Shown here: in pieces, positions 21,888 through 31,614 of the stretch | How positions within the stretch are numbered: position 1 is the stretch's first letter | Layout: every line of letters begins with the position of its first letter | Assembly (NCBI GenBank): GCA_021811225.1 | Contig: JAJZPJ010000001.1 | Coordinates: 1-51,518 of the forward strand | Reading direction: 5' to 3' | DNA length: 51,518 nucleotides | DNA from: Pseudomonadota bacterium | Lineage (GTDB): Bacteria; Pseudomonadota; Gammaproteobacteria; Burkholderiales; Rhodocyclaceae | The notes under the pieces: generated by a model | Database searches by the model: none | Seen by the model: only the letters and a program-made list of their open reading frames with translations | What the model was told of the DNA's origin: nothing | Translations under genes and position numbers: made by a program

Positions 21888-23150
21888 ATGAAACAGAGAT
21901 ACATCGCCCGCTTCCTCTTGGTGGGGCTGGTAACCATGACTTCGGCAGGCGCTGCGCTGGCGGTCGAACTGGCCGCAGGCACGGTGATCAGCAAGGCCAA
22001 TATCGACCAGGTCAAGAATGACACCTTCGAGGGCAAGACTATCGCCAGCATGCTGCCGGAAAAGATGGACATGCAGATCCGCAAATACGGCTTGACGCTC
22101 AAGCTGCGCAAATCCCAGCCGATCGCACTCGATCCGAAAATGCTCGAGGCAACCCACAAATATGCCGGCCAGGTCAGGTACGATGCGGCAAAGAACGAGG
22201 TCAGCGGCTACAAGGCCGGCTTGCCCTTTCCGAACCTCAGCCCTACGGACCCGAACTATGCCGCGAAGCTGGTGTGGAACGTCTACTATGCTTCGCCGGT
22301 GGGGCAGGTGATGGACTTCCGTAAATTCGCTTTTCTGCTGATCGATGGCGACAAGGGTCTGGAGCGAACCCAGCACTGGTTCTTCCTGCGTGACTTCATG
22401 AAGAATCGGCTGACGGGTTCCGGGGTTCCGGTGGAAGGCGATGGCACCGAGTTCACCCGGACCCTGCTGTTCGCCACCTATCCGGAGGACATCCGCGGCA
22501 TCGGCACCTATACCATCCGCTATGATGGTCCGCAGGTGGAAGACCAATGGGTCTATATCAAGAGCTTCCGCCGCACTCGCCGGCTGCCCGGCGGCGCCTG
22601 GATGGATCCGATCGGTGGCACCGACCAACTGAATGACGACATCGAGATCTGGAATGCCCGCCCTAGCTGGTATAAGTCCTTCAAGTATCTCGGCAAGCGC
22701 TGGGTATTGGCGACAGTCCGCGGAGCCAAGGCCTGGGACGAGTCGAAGAAGGGCACGCCCGCAGAATTCCCGCTGGTCGATCTCACGCACGCGCCCTACT
22801 GGAACCCTCTTGACGAGGTCGAGCCGCGCGAGGTGTATGTCGTAGAGGCCGTTCCGCCGCCCGAGCATCCCTACAGCCGCAAGGTGATCTACATCGACAC
22901 GCAGATCCCGCGTATTTTATACGGCGAGGCCTATGATAAAAAGGGTGATTTTTGGAAGTGGATGGCCTTCAGCAGTCGCCCCCTCAAGGGCGAAGACGGG
23001 GTTCAGACCTGGGTCTCTAACCAGGGCCTTGTCATCGACTTCAAGCGCATGCATGCGACGGTCTTCGTTTCCCATCCGTCATGGAGGACCAATACAGCCG
23101 TCAAGGCATCGGATGTGACGCTGGGCAAGCTAGAGGCCGCCGGCCAGTAA
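21888..23150 (+). CDS. DUF1329-family periplasmic LolA-like protein
   Basis: Signal peptide MKQRYIARFLLVGLVTMTSAGAALA. The length and motif layout are typical of DUF1329 proteins, which pair with DUF1302. Confidence 0.78.
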   Translation: MKQRYIARFLLVGLVTMTSAGAALAVELAAGTVISKANIDQVKNDTFEGKTIASMLPEKMDMQIRKYGLTLKLRKSQPIALDPKMLEATHKYAGQVRYDAAKNEVSGYKAGLPFPNLSPTDPNYAAKLVWNVYYASPVGQVMDFRKFAFLLIDGDKGLERTQHWFFLRDFMKNRLTGSGVPVEGDGTEFTRTLLFATYPEDIRGIGTYTIRYDGPQVEDQWVYIKSFRRTRRLPGGAWMDPIGGTDQLNDDIEIWNARPSWYKSFKYLGKRWVLATVRGAKAWDESKKGTPAEFPLVDLTHAPYWNPLDEVEPREVYVVEAVPPPEHPYSRKVIYIDTQIPRILYGEAYDKKGDFWKWMAFSSRPLKGEDGVQTWVSNQGLVIDFKRMHATVFVSHPSWRTNTAVKASDVTLGKLEAAGQ

Positions 23151-23223
23151 GAGTACCATAGCAACAGGCCCCTACGGGGGAGTAGGCCGTGCCTGCTCCC
23201 CATTTTCCTTGAGAGGATAAGCC

Positions 23224-23826
23224 ATGGCGACGCCGCCCAACAAAGCGGTCGGTCTGGGCGCCAAGTCCGCACTCATCGTTGTCGATGCTACCCTCGGTTT
23301 CACCGACCCCGGTTCGCCGTTGGGGTGCCCAAGCGATATTGAAGTCGGAGCGATCAAGCGCCTGCTTGGTGCCTTTCGCAGGCACCGGCTACCGATCGTG
23401 TTCACGACCAATGCCTATAGCCATCCGGCGGAAGCCAGCGTATTCAGGGAGAAGCTCCCTCTGTTGAATGAACTCGTCGTCGGCGGTGCTCTCGCTGCCA
23501 TAGACCCGCGCTTGCAGCCACAGGTGGGCGAAGTCGTTCTGAACAAAGGGGTTCCCAGCGCTTTTTTCGACAGCCCCTTACGGCAAATGCTCTGCAATAT
23601 GGGCGTCGACTCGGTCGTGGTCTGCGGCTTCAGCACCAGCGGTTGCGTCAGGGCGACAGCTGTCGATGCCCTGCAATCCAATTTCCGTCTGATGGTGGTA
23701 GCGGATGCCTGCGGCGATCGAGACAGGGCAGCACACGCCGCCAATTTGCGCGACCTCGGGCTCAAGTACGGCGACGTCGTCGATCTCGATACCGCCTTGG
23801 AAATGATCGAGCGCCTGCCTTGCTAG
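23224..23826 (+). CDS. isochorismatase-family (cysteine) amidohydrolase
   Basis: Catalytic triad context: ALIVVDAT (Asp), LNKGVPSAF (Lys), GFSTSGCVRATAVDA (Cys). This is the same family as N-carbamoylsarcosine amidase, maleamate amidohydrolase NicF and RutB. Confidence 0.88.
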   Translation: MATPPNKAVGLGAKSALIVVDATLGFTDPGSPLGCPSDIEVGAIKRLLGAFRRHRLPIVFTTNAYSHPAEASVFREKLPLLNELVVGGALAAIDPRLQPQVGEVVLNKGVPSAFFDSPLRQMLCNMGVDSVVVCGFSTSGCVRATAVDALQSNFRLMVVADACGDRDRAAHAANLRDLGLKYGDVVDLDTALEMIERLPC

Positions 23827-23841
23827 AAAAAGTGAACTGCT

Positions 23842-25251
23842 ATGGCAAATACATTGTTTGACAAGGTTTGGGAAGCGCATCAGATTGCAGCACTTGCCGG
23901 CAATGTCAGTCTGCTGCATGTGGATCGTCATTTGCTGCATGAGCTAACGGGCTCAGCGGCGATTAAACAGCTGGAAAAACGCGGCGTAGCGATACGCGAT
24001 CCAGGACTGACCTTCGCCACACTGGATCACGTGATCTCGACCAAGCCGGGTCGCACTACGGGCGATGAGGGCTGGAGTACCGTGATGGTGGACACGCTGC
24101 GCGAGCAAACCACGCGCATGAAAATTCAGCGCTTCGACATAGAAGACGGGCGCCAGGGCATTGTGCACGTGATCGGACCCGAAATGGGCCTGACACTTCC
24201 TGGCCTCGTCATTGTCTGTGGCGATAGCCATACCTGCACGCACGGCGCATTCGGCGCGATCGCCTGGGGCATCGGCTCTTCCGAACTGGTGCATGTATTG
24301 GCAACGCAGACCATTCGGCAACGGCGGCCCAAAACCATGCGCGTGAATTTCAATGGCACACCAAGTGAGGGCGTTGCCGCCAAGGATCTGATTCTTTACT
24401 TGATTGGCGTGCTCGGCACCTCAGCCGGCATCGGTTACGCAGTCGAATTCGCCGGTCCGGCAATTCGCCAGCTCGATATGGAAGGTCGCATGACCTTGTG
24501 CAACCTGTCTATCGAACTCGGCGCGAAAATGGGCATGATCGCACCGGATGAGGTGACGTTCGCATACCTGCAAGGCCTGGAGTTTGCCCCGAGGGGCGAG
24601 CAATTCGATCTGGCCGTCGACAGCTGGAAGCTGCTGGCGTCAGGTGCCGACGCCGTATTTGACAAGGAAGTCGACATCGACGTTGCCGCCGTCAAACCCC
24701 AGGTCACTTGGGGCACGAGTCCGGAGCATGCAGCGTCCATTGATGCGACAGTGCCTGATCCGGCGGCTGAAAGTGATTTGGCGCGGCGTGCAGCCCTGGA
24801 AGGCGCGCTTGCGTATATGCAGCTGGAGCCCGGCCAACCCATCGACCAGATCCCGATTGACCACGTATTCATAGGCTCCTGTGCGAATAGCCGGTTGTCC
24901 GACCTGCAGTCTGCGGCACGGGTAGTCAAGGGCCGACGCATCGCTCCCAACGTCACCGGATGGGTGGTGCCCGGTTCGCTGAAAGTGAAACGACAGGCCG
25001 AGAGTGAAGGTCTGGATCGGATTTTTCTTGATGCCGGATTCGAGTGGCGTGAGCCGGGCTGCTCGATGTGCGTGGGCGCAAACGGCGACTTAGTCGGTCC
25101 TGGACAGCGTTGCGTTTCGACATCGAACCGCAACTTCGTGGGACGTCAAGGACCCGGCGCGCTGACTCATCTGGCAAGTCCGGCAGTTGCCGCAGCCAGC
25201 GCGATCGCGGGCACCATCGCTTGTCCGGAAATGATCGGATACAAATCATGA
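23842..25251 (+). CDS. aconitase-family dehydratase large subunit (LeuC-like)
   Basis: LFDKVWEAH, HVDRHLLHE, VCGDSHTCTHGAFGA, IGSCANSRLSDL and CSMCVGANGD (the Fe-S cysteines). Confidence 0.9.
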   Translation: MANTLFDKVWEAHQIAALAGNVSLLHVDRHLLHELTGSAAIKQLEKRGVAIRDPGLTFATLDHVISTKPGRTTGDEGWSTVMVDTLREQTTRMKIQRFDIEDGRQGIVHVIGPEMGLTLPGLVIVCGDSHTCTHGAFGAIAWGIGSSELVHVLATQTIRQRRPKTMRVNFNGTPSEGVAAKDLILYLIGVLGTSAGIGYAVEFAGPAIRQLDMEGRMTLCNLSIELGAKMGMIAPDEVTFAYLQGLEFAPRGEQFDLAVDSWKLLASGADAVFDKEVDIDVAAVKPQVTWGTSPEHAASIDATVPDPAAESDLARRAALEGALAYMQLEPGQPIDQIPIDHVFIGSCANSRLSDLQSAARVVKGRRIAPNVTGWVVPGSLKVKRQAESEGLDRIFLDAGFEWREPGCSMCVGANGDLVGPGQRCVSTSNRNFVGRQGPGALTHLASPAVAAASAIAGTIACPEMIGYKS

Positions 25252-25859
25252 AGGCATTTACCATATGTGAAGGCTACGCCGCCCCCCTCATGCATGACAA
25301 CATCGATACCGATCTGATCATCCGCATCGAGCGTATCGCCAAACTCAAGCGTGGTGAATTCGCACCGTGGGCATTCGAGGCGAACCGTTATTTTGCTGAT
25401 GGCGCTGAGGACCCGAGCTTCGTACTGAATCAGGTCCCATTCCGGAAAGCGCAGATTCTGATCTCTGGCGCCAATTTTGGATGCGGTAGTTCGCGCGAAA
25501 TGGCGGTGTGGTCAATTGAGGAATTTGGCATACGCTGCATCATCGCACAAAGCTACGGTGATATTTTTTTCGGCAACTGTCTGCAAAACGGCGTGCTGCC
25601 GATTACGCTCGAACAAAATCAGATCAATGCGCTGGCGAAAGTGGCAGCGTCAGGCGCCACAGTAAAAGTTGACTTGCAGACCTGCACGATTTCGACCGTT
25701 GCGACTGGCGCAATATCATTTGCGTTTCCAGAAGCTCAGCGTCAGGCATTGCTAACTGGGTGCGACGAAGTCGATCAGACGCTGAAAATTGCGTCGCAGA
25801 TCGACCGGTTTCAGCAGGAGGATCGACGCGTGCGACCTTGGGTTTATAACGTGGGATGA
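25248..25859 (+). CDS. aconitase-family dehydratase small subunit (LeuD-like)
   Basis: ATGA overlap with the large subunit. DNIDTDLIIR, GANFGCGSSREMAVWSIEEFGIRCIIAQSYGDIFFGNCLQNG. Confidence 0.88.
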   Translation: MKAFTICEGYAAPLMHDNIDTDLIIRIERIAKLKRGEFAPWAFEANRYFADGAEDPSFVLNQVPFRKAQILISGANFGCGSSREMAVWSIEEFGIRCIIAQSYGDIFFGNCLQNGVLPITLEQNQINALAKVAASGATVKVDLQTCTISTVATGAISFAFPEAQRQALLTGCDEVDQTLKIASQIDRFQQEDRRVRPWVYNVG

Positions 25860-26133
25860 TCAGAACGGCCGAAGCGATCAATCCCCAACGATTTTGCGCA
25901 CTCTGACGCGCTTCGCCTGTCGCCGGGTTGATTCAGCTCCGCTCTCGCGGAACCGAATCAAGCAGGTAGAATGTAGACAATTCTAGTTGTTTGGCTGCTT
26001 TACTTCCACTTCGTTGGAGACCGAATCGATGATGAACCTGATCAAGGCTGGCGAAGGCTTCGTTGTATTGTTTAACCAACTTAGGTACGCACAACCGTTC
26101 TAGCGCGAGGCGGGCGACCGAGGCGATCGCGGC

Positions 26134-27468
26134 ATGGTGCGCAAGCTTCGGTCGCGACTGAGCAAGGCCTCCTTGCGCGACCTGCTGCAAGTCGGCCTGC
26201 CCTCCCTGCTGCTGCTCGTCCTCGGTTTCTGGGCGGCGGCGCAATTCATCCGGCCGGCGCCGCCCCACCAACTCATCCTCAGCACCGGCGGCGAGGGCAG
26301 CACCTACCAGCGCTTCGCCGCGCGCTACAAGGAGGTGCTGGCGCGCTACGGCATCGACCTGGTGGAGTTGCCCTCGGCCGGTTCGGTGGAAAACCTGCAG
26401 CGTCTGCGCGACGATCGCTCCCCCGTCGATGCCGGTTTCGTCCAGGGCGGCACCGGCAGCGCCGGCGACAACGACCGGCTGCTCTCGCTCGGCAGCCTGT
26501 TCTACGAGCCGTTGTGGATTTTCTATCGCGCCGATCTGGCCCCCGGCGGACGGCTCGATCGCCTCACCCAATTGCGCGGCCGGCGCATCGCCATCGGGCC
26601 GGCCGCCAGCGGCACGCACCAGCTGGCGCTGGAACTGCTCGGGGCCAACGGCGTCACCGCTGCGAACACGAGGCTCAGCGATCAGGCCGATCTCGCCGCG
26701 GTGTCCGCGTTGAAGAGCGGCAAGGCGGACGCCGCGTTCATCGTCGGCGCGACCCAGTCGGCGGCGGTGTGGCTGCTGCTCTACGCCGACGGCATACGCC
26801 TGATGAGCGTCAGCCAGGCGGAGGCCTACACCCGGCTGTTCCCTTATCTGGAAAAGCTCACCCTGCCCGCCGGCGCGGTCGATCTGGCGCGCGACATCCC
26901 GGCGCACGACGTCACCCTGGTCGCGCCGATGGCGACCCTGCTGGTGCGCGCAGACACGCATCCGGCGCTGATCGACCTGCTCCTGCAGGCGGCGACCGAG
27001 GTGCACGGCGGCCCGGGGATTTTCCAGAAGCCGGGCGAGTTTCCGAACGCCACCGAGGTGGATTTTCCGCTGTCGCCGGAGGCCCAGCGCTACTACAAGT
27101 CGGGCAAGCCCTTCTTGCAGCGCTACCTGCCGTTCTGGGCGGCGACGCTGATCGACCGGATGGTGGTGATGCTGGTGCCGCTCCTGGCGCTGCTGATTCC
27201 CGTGCTCAAGTTCGCGCCGCAGCTCTATGGCTGGCGCGTGCGTTCGCGCATCTACCGGCGTTACGGCGAGCTCAAGTTTCTCGAGGCGGAGGTGGAGCGC
27301 GAGCCGGGTGCCCGCTCGCGCGACGAATGGCTGGAGCGGCTCGATGCCATCGAGGCCGGCGTCAATCGCATGCCGACGCCGCTGGCCTTTTCCGACATGT
27401 TCTACACCCTGCGCGGCCACGTCGGCCTGGTGCGCGAAACCATCCTGCGCAGGACCGGCGTCCCGTAG
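26134..27468 (+). CDS. TAXI-family (TRAP-type) solute-binding domain protein tethered by N- and C-terminal transmembrane helices
   Basis: N-terminal anchor LPSLLLLVLGFWAAAQF, then the TAXI-like core (STGGEGSTYQRFAARYKEVLARYGIDLVELPSAGSVENLQRL...DAGFVQGG). A C-terminal helix (MVVMLVPLLALLIPVL) is followed by a charged tail of about 90 aa. Confidence 0.75.
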   Translation: MVRKLRSRLSKASLRDLLQVGLPSLLLLVLGFWAAAQFIRPAPPHQLILSTGGEGSTYQRFAARYKEVLARYGIDLVELPSAGSVENLQRLRDDRSPVDAGFVQGGTGSAGDNDRLLSLGSLFYEPLWIFYRADLAPGGRLDRLTQLRGRRIAIGPAASGTHQLALELLGANGVTAANTRLSDQADLAAVSALKSGKADAAFIVGATQSAAVWLLLYADGIRLMSVSQAEAYTRLFPYLEKLTLPAGAVDLARDIPAHDVTLVAPMATLLVRADTHPALIDLLLQAATEVHGGPGIFQKPGEFPNATEVDFPLSPEAQRYYKSGKPFLQRYLPFWAATLIDRMVVMLVPLLALLIPVLKFAPQLYGWRVRSRIYRRYGELKFLEAEVEREPGARSRDEWLERLDAIEAGVNRMPTPLAFSDMFYTLRGHVGLVRETILRRTGVP

Positions 27469-27474
27469 CCCGGC

Positions 27475-27957
27475 CTACAAGCGGCGGATTTTTTCCAGCA
27501 GGGCGGTGGTCGAGTTCTGGTGGATGAAGGGGATGGACGCCACCTTGCCGCCGTTTGCCAGCACCTCGCGCGCTCCGACGATGCTGTTAGTCGCCCAGTC
27601 GCCGCCCTTCACCAGCACCTCAGGCCGGCAGGCCAGGATGGTCGCGAGCGGCGTGTCCTCGTCGAACCAGGTGACCAGGGAGACCGATTCGAGCGCCGCG
27701 AGCAGCGCCACACGATCTTCCAGACGGTTGACCGGGCGGTCGGCACCCTTGCCCAGGCGGCGCACCGAAGCGTCCGAGTTGACGGCGACCACCAGGCTCG
27801 CGCCGAGGCTGCGCGCCTGGGCGAGATAGCTGACGTGGCCGCGGTGCAGGATGTCGAAACAGCCGTTGGTGAATACCAGCGGCCGCGCCAATGCCGCGAC
27901 GCGGCCGGCCAGATCGGCGGGCGGACAGAGCTTGGCCTCGAACGCCGGAGCGGTCAT
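27475..27957 (-). CDS. hldC: D-glycero-beta-D-manno-heptose 1-phosphate adenylyltransferase (RfaE domain II)
   Basis: VFTNGCFDILHRGHVSYLAQARSLGASLVVAVNSDASVRRLGKGADRPVN is the cytidylyltransferase-fold HxGH motif. At 160 aa this is the stand-alone domain. Confidence 0.88.
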   Translation of the reverse strand: MTAPAFEAKLCPPADLAGRVAALARPLVFTNGCFDILHRGHVSYLAQARSLGASLVVAVNSDASVRRLGKGADRPVNRLEDRVALLAALESVSLVTWFDEDTPLATILACRPEVLVKGGDWATNSIVGAREVLANGGKVASIPFIHQNSTTALLEKIRRL

Positions 27958-27961
27958 GGAC

Positions 27962-29292
<1,331 letters not shown>

Positions 29293-29646
29293 TTACGATG
29301 CCGAGAAGGCATTCTTGATCCAGACGAGCCCGGCCCCGTCTACGCGCTCCATCAGCACCGCGTCGAAGCGGCAGGGGACCTCGGGCTTGCCCGACAGGTA
29401 GTGGCGCGCGGCGAGGATCAGGCGGCGCTGCTTGGCGGCGGTGATGCTTGCCGCCGCGCCGCCGTAGTCGGTGCGCGTGCGCAGCCGCACCTCGACGAAC
29501 ACCAGCGTCTCGCCGTCGGCGCAGATCAGGTCGATCTCGCCGCCGCGCATCCGCCAGTTGCGCGCCAGGATGCGCAAGCCGTGACGCGCGAGGTGGGCTG
29601 CGGCGATCGCCTCGGCGGCAGCGCCGGCCGAGCTGTTCACTTGCAC
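29293..29646 (-). CDS. yraN: YraN-family (UPF0102) endonuclease-like protein
   Basis: GAAAEAIAAAHLARHGLRILARNWRMRGGEIDLICADGETLVFVEVRLR. There is no in-frame ATG that avoids overlapping rsmI, so a GTG start at 29646 (or 29640) is proposed. Confidence 0.78.
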   Translation of the reverse strand: MQVNSSAGAAAEAIAAAHLARHGLRILARNWRMRGGEIDLICADGETLVFVEVRLRTRTDYGGAAASITAAKQRRLILAARHYLSGKPEVPCRFDAVLMERVDGAGLVWIKNAFSAS

Positions 29647-29710
29647 CGGGGGGCCCCGGGCCTGACAATGCGACGCAGTTGGTCGTGAGACTCGGGCGGA
29701 CGGTGCATGA

Positions 29711-30568
29711 ATGGATAAGCAGCAACTTAGGACACCGGCATTGTACGTGGTGGCGACGCCGCTCGGTAATCTCGGCGACATCACGCTGCGCGCCATCGAC
29801 GTGCTGCGCGCCGCCGATGCGATCGCCTGCGAGGACACCCGTCACGCGCGCCGGCTGCTCGATCATTACGGCATCCGGGCGCCGCTCCTGGCGGTGCACC
29901 AGCACAACGAGGCGCAGGCGGCGGAGAAGCTGCTGAGCTTGCTCGCCCTCGGCAAGCGCGTGGCGCTGGTCTCGGACGCCGGCACGCCGGGCATCTCCGA
30001 CCCCGGGGCGCGCACCGTCGCTGCGGTGCGCGCCGCGGGCTTCCCGGTGATCCCGCTGCCCGGCGCCAATGCCGCGATAACGGCGCTCTCGGCCTCGGGT
30101 CTGGCCGATCCCTATTTCCTCTTCGCCGGTTTTTTGCCGGCCAAGTCCGGCGCGCGCCGGCAGGCGCTAACTGCGCTGCGCCCGGTCGCCGCGACGCTGG
30201 TGTTCTACGAGGCGCCGCACCGCATCGCCGAGACCCTGGCCGATCTGGCGGAGCTGCTGGAGCCCTGCCGCGAACTGGTGGTGGCGCGGGAACTGACCAA
30301 ACTGTTCGAGGAGATCGCTTCCATGCCGCTGCCCGAGGGGCCGGCCTGGCTCGCGGCGGACGGCAATCGCGGCCGCGGCGAGTTCGTGCTGCTGGTCTCG
30401 GCGCCGCCGCCGGAAGACCCGCTGCCGGCGGCGGCCAGGCGGGTGCTGACGCTCCTGCTTCCCGAACTGCCGCTGAAGCAGGCGGTCGGACTCGCCGCCG
30501 AAATCAGCGGTGCGCCCAAGAACGCGCTCTATGAGCTGGCGCTGAGCTGGCGGGACGAGCAGCTATAA
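29711..30568 (+). CDS. rsmI: 16S rRNA (cytidine1402-2'-O)-methyltransferase
   Basis: [45 protein letters not shown] and [12 protein letters not shown]. It is divergent from yraN, as in E. coli. Confidence 0.93.
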   Translation: MDKQQLRTPALYVVATPLGNLGDITLRAIDVLRAADAIACEDTRHARRLLDHYGIRAPLLAVHQHNEAQAAEKLLSLLALGKRVALVSDAGTPGISDPGARTVAAVRAAGFPVIPLPGANAAITALSASGLADPYFLFAGFLPAKSGARRQALTALRPVAATLVFYEAPHRIAETLADLAELLEPCRELVVARELTKLFEEIASMPLPEGPAWLAADGNRGRGEFVLLVSAPPPEDPLPAAARRVLTLLLPELPLKQAVGLAAEISGAPKNALYELALSWRDEQL

Positions 30569-30576
30569 TCGGCGCC

Positions 30577-31614
30577 ATGCGCTCCCTGACGCTCACCCGC
30601 CCCGACGACTGGCACCTGCACCTGCGCGACGGCCCGGCGCTGGCCGCGGTGCTCGCCGACAGCGCGCGCCGCTTCGCCCGCGCCATCGTCATGCCCAACC
30701 TGAAGCCGCCGGTGACCACGGTGGGCGAGGCCGAGGCCTACCGCGAGCGCATCCTCGCGGTGCTGCCGGCGGGGGCGGATTTCGAACCCCTGATGACGCT
30801 CTATCTCACCGACGATACGCCTGCCGGCGAGATCGACGCCGCCCGCGCCTGCGGCTTCGTCCACGCCCTGAAGCTCTATCCCGCCGGGGCGACCACCCAT
30901 TCGGCCGCGGGCGTCACCGATCTCGCCAAGTGTCGGGCGACGCTCGCGCGCATGGAGACGCAGGGCCTGCCGCTCTTGCTCCACGGCGAGGTCACCGACC
31001 CGGCGGTGGATGTGTTCGATCGCGAAGCGGTGTTCATCGAGCGCGTGCTCGAACCGCTGCACCGGGACTTCCCGGATCTGCGCCTGGTGTTCGAGCACAT
31101 CACGACGAAGCAGGCGGTCGAGTTCGTCGAGGCCGCCGGCGCCAAGGTCGCGGCGACCATCACCGCCCATCATCTGCTCTATAACCGCAACGCCATGTTC
31201 GCAGGCGGCATCCGTCCGCATCATTACTGCCTGCCGGTGCTGAAGCGCGAGGCGCACCGGCGCGCGCTGGTCGCCGCGGCGACTTCCGGCAACCCGAAGT
31301 TCTTTCTCGGCACCGATTCGGCGCCGCACGCCAGGAGCGCCAAGGAGAACGCCTGCGGCTGCGCCGGCTGCTACACGGCGCACGCGGGCATCGAACTCTA
31401 CGCGCAGGTCTTCGAGGCCGCCGGCGCGCTCGAACGCCTGGAGGCCTTCGCCAGCCATCACGGCGCCGATTTCTACGGCCTGGCGCGCAACAGCGGGAAG
31501 ATCACCCTGGTCAAAGAAGACTGGACGGTGCCCGCCGATCAGCCGTTCATCGCAGGGGACCCGCTGGTGCCGTTCATGGCCGGCGAGACCATTGCCTGGA
31601 GACTGCCCACATGA
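30577..31614 (+). CDS. pyrC: dihydroorotase, homodimeric type
   Basis: [49 protein letters not shown]. Confidence 0.93.
   Translation: MRSLTLTRPDDWHLHLRDGPALAAVLADSARRFARAIVMPNLKPPVTTVGEAEAYRERILAVLPAGADFEPLMTLYLTDDTPAGEIDAARACGFVHALKLYPAGATTHSAAGVTDLAKCRATLARMETQGLPLLLHGEVTDPAVDVFDREAVFIERVLEPLHRDFPDLRLVFEHITTKQAVEFVEAAGAKVAATITAHHLLYNRNAMFAGGIRPHHYCLPVLKREAHRRALVAAATSGNPKFFLGTDSAPHARSAKENACGCAGCYTAHAGIELYAQVFEAAGALERLEAFASHHGADFYGLARNSGKITLVKEDWTVPADQPFIAGDPLVPFMAGETIAWRLPT

Noticed and set aside
23151-23223. Intrinsic terminator or attenuator between the DUF1329 and isochorismatase genes (GGCCCCTACGGGGGAGTAGGCC).
   Set aside because: The stem is short, bulged and has competing pairings, and the downstream T-run is weak. 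This is not convincing enough to split the operon.
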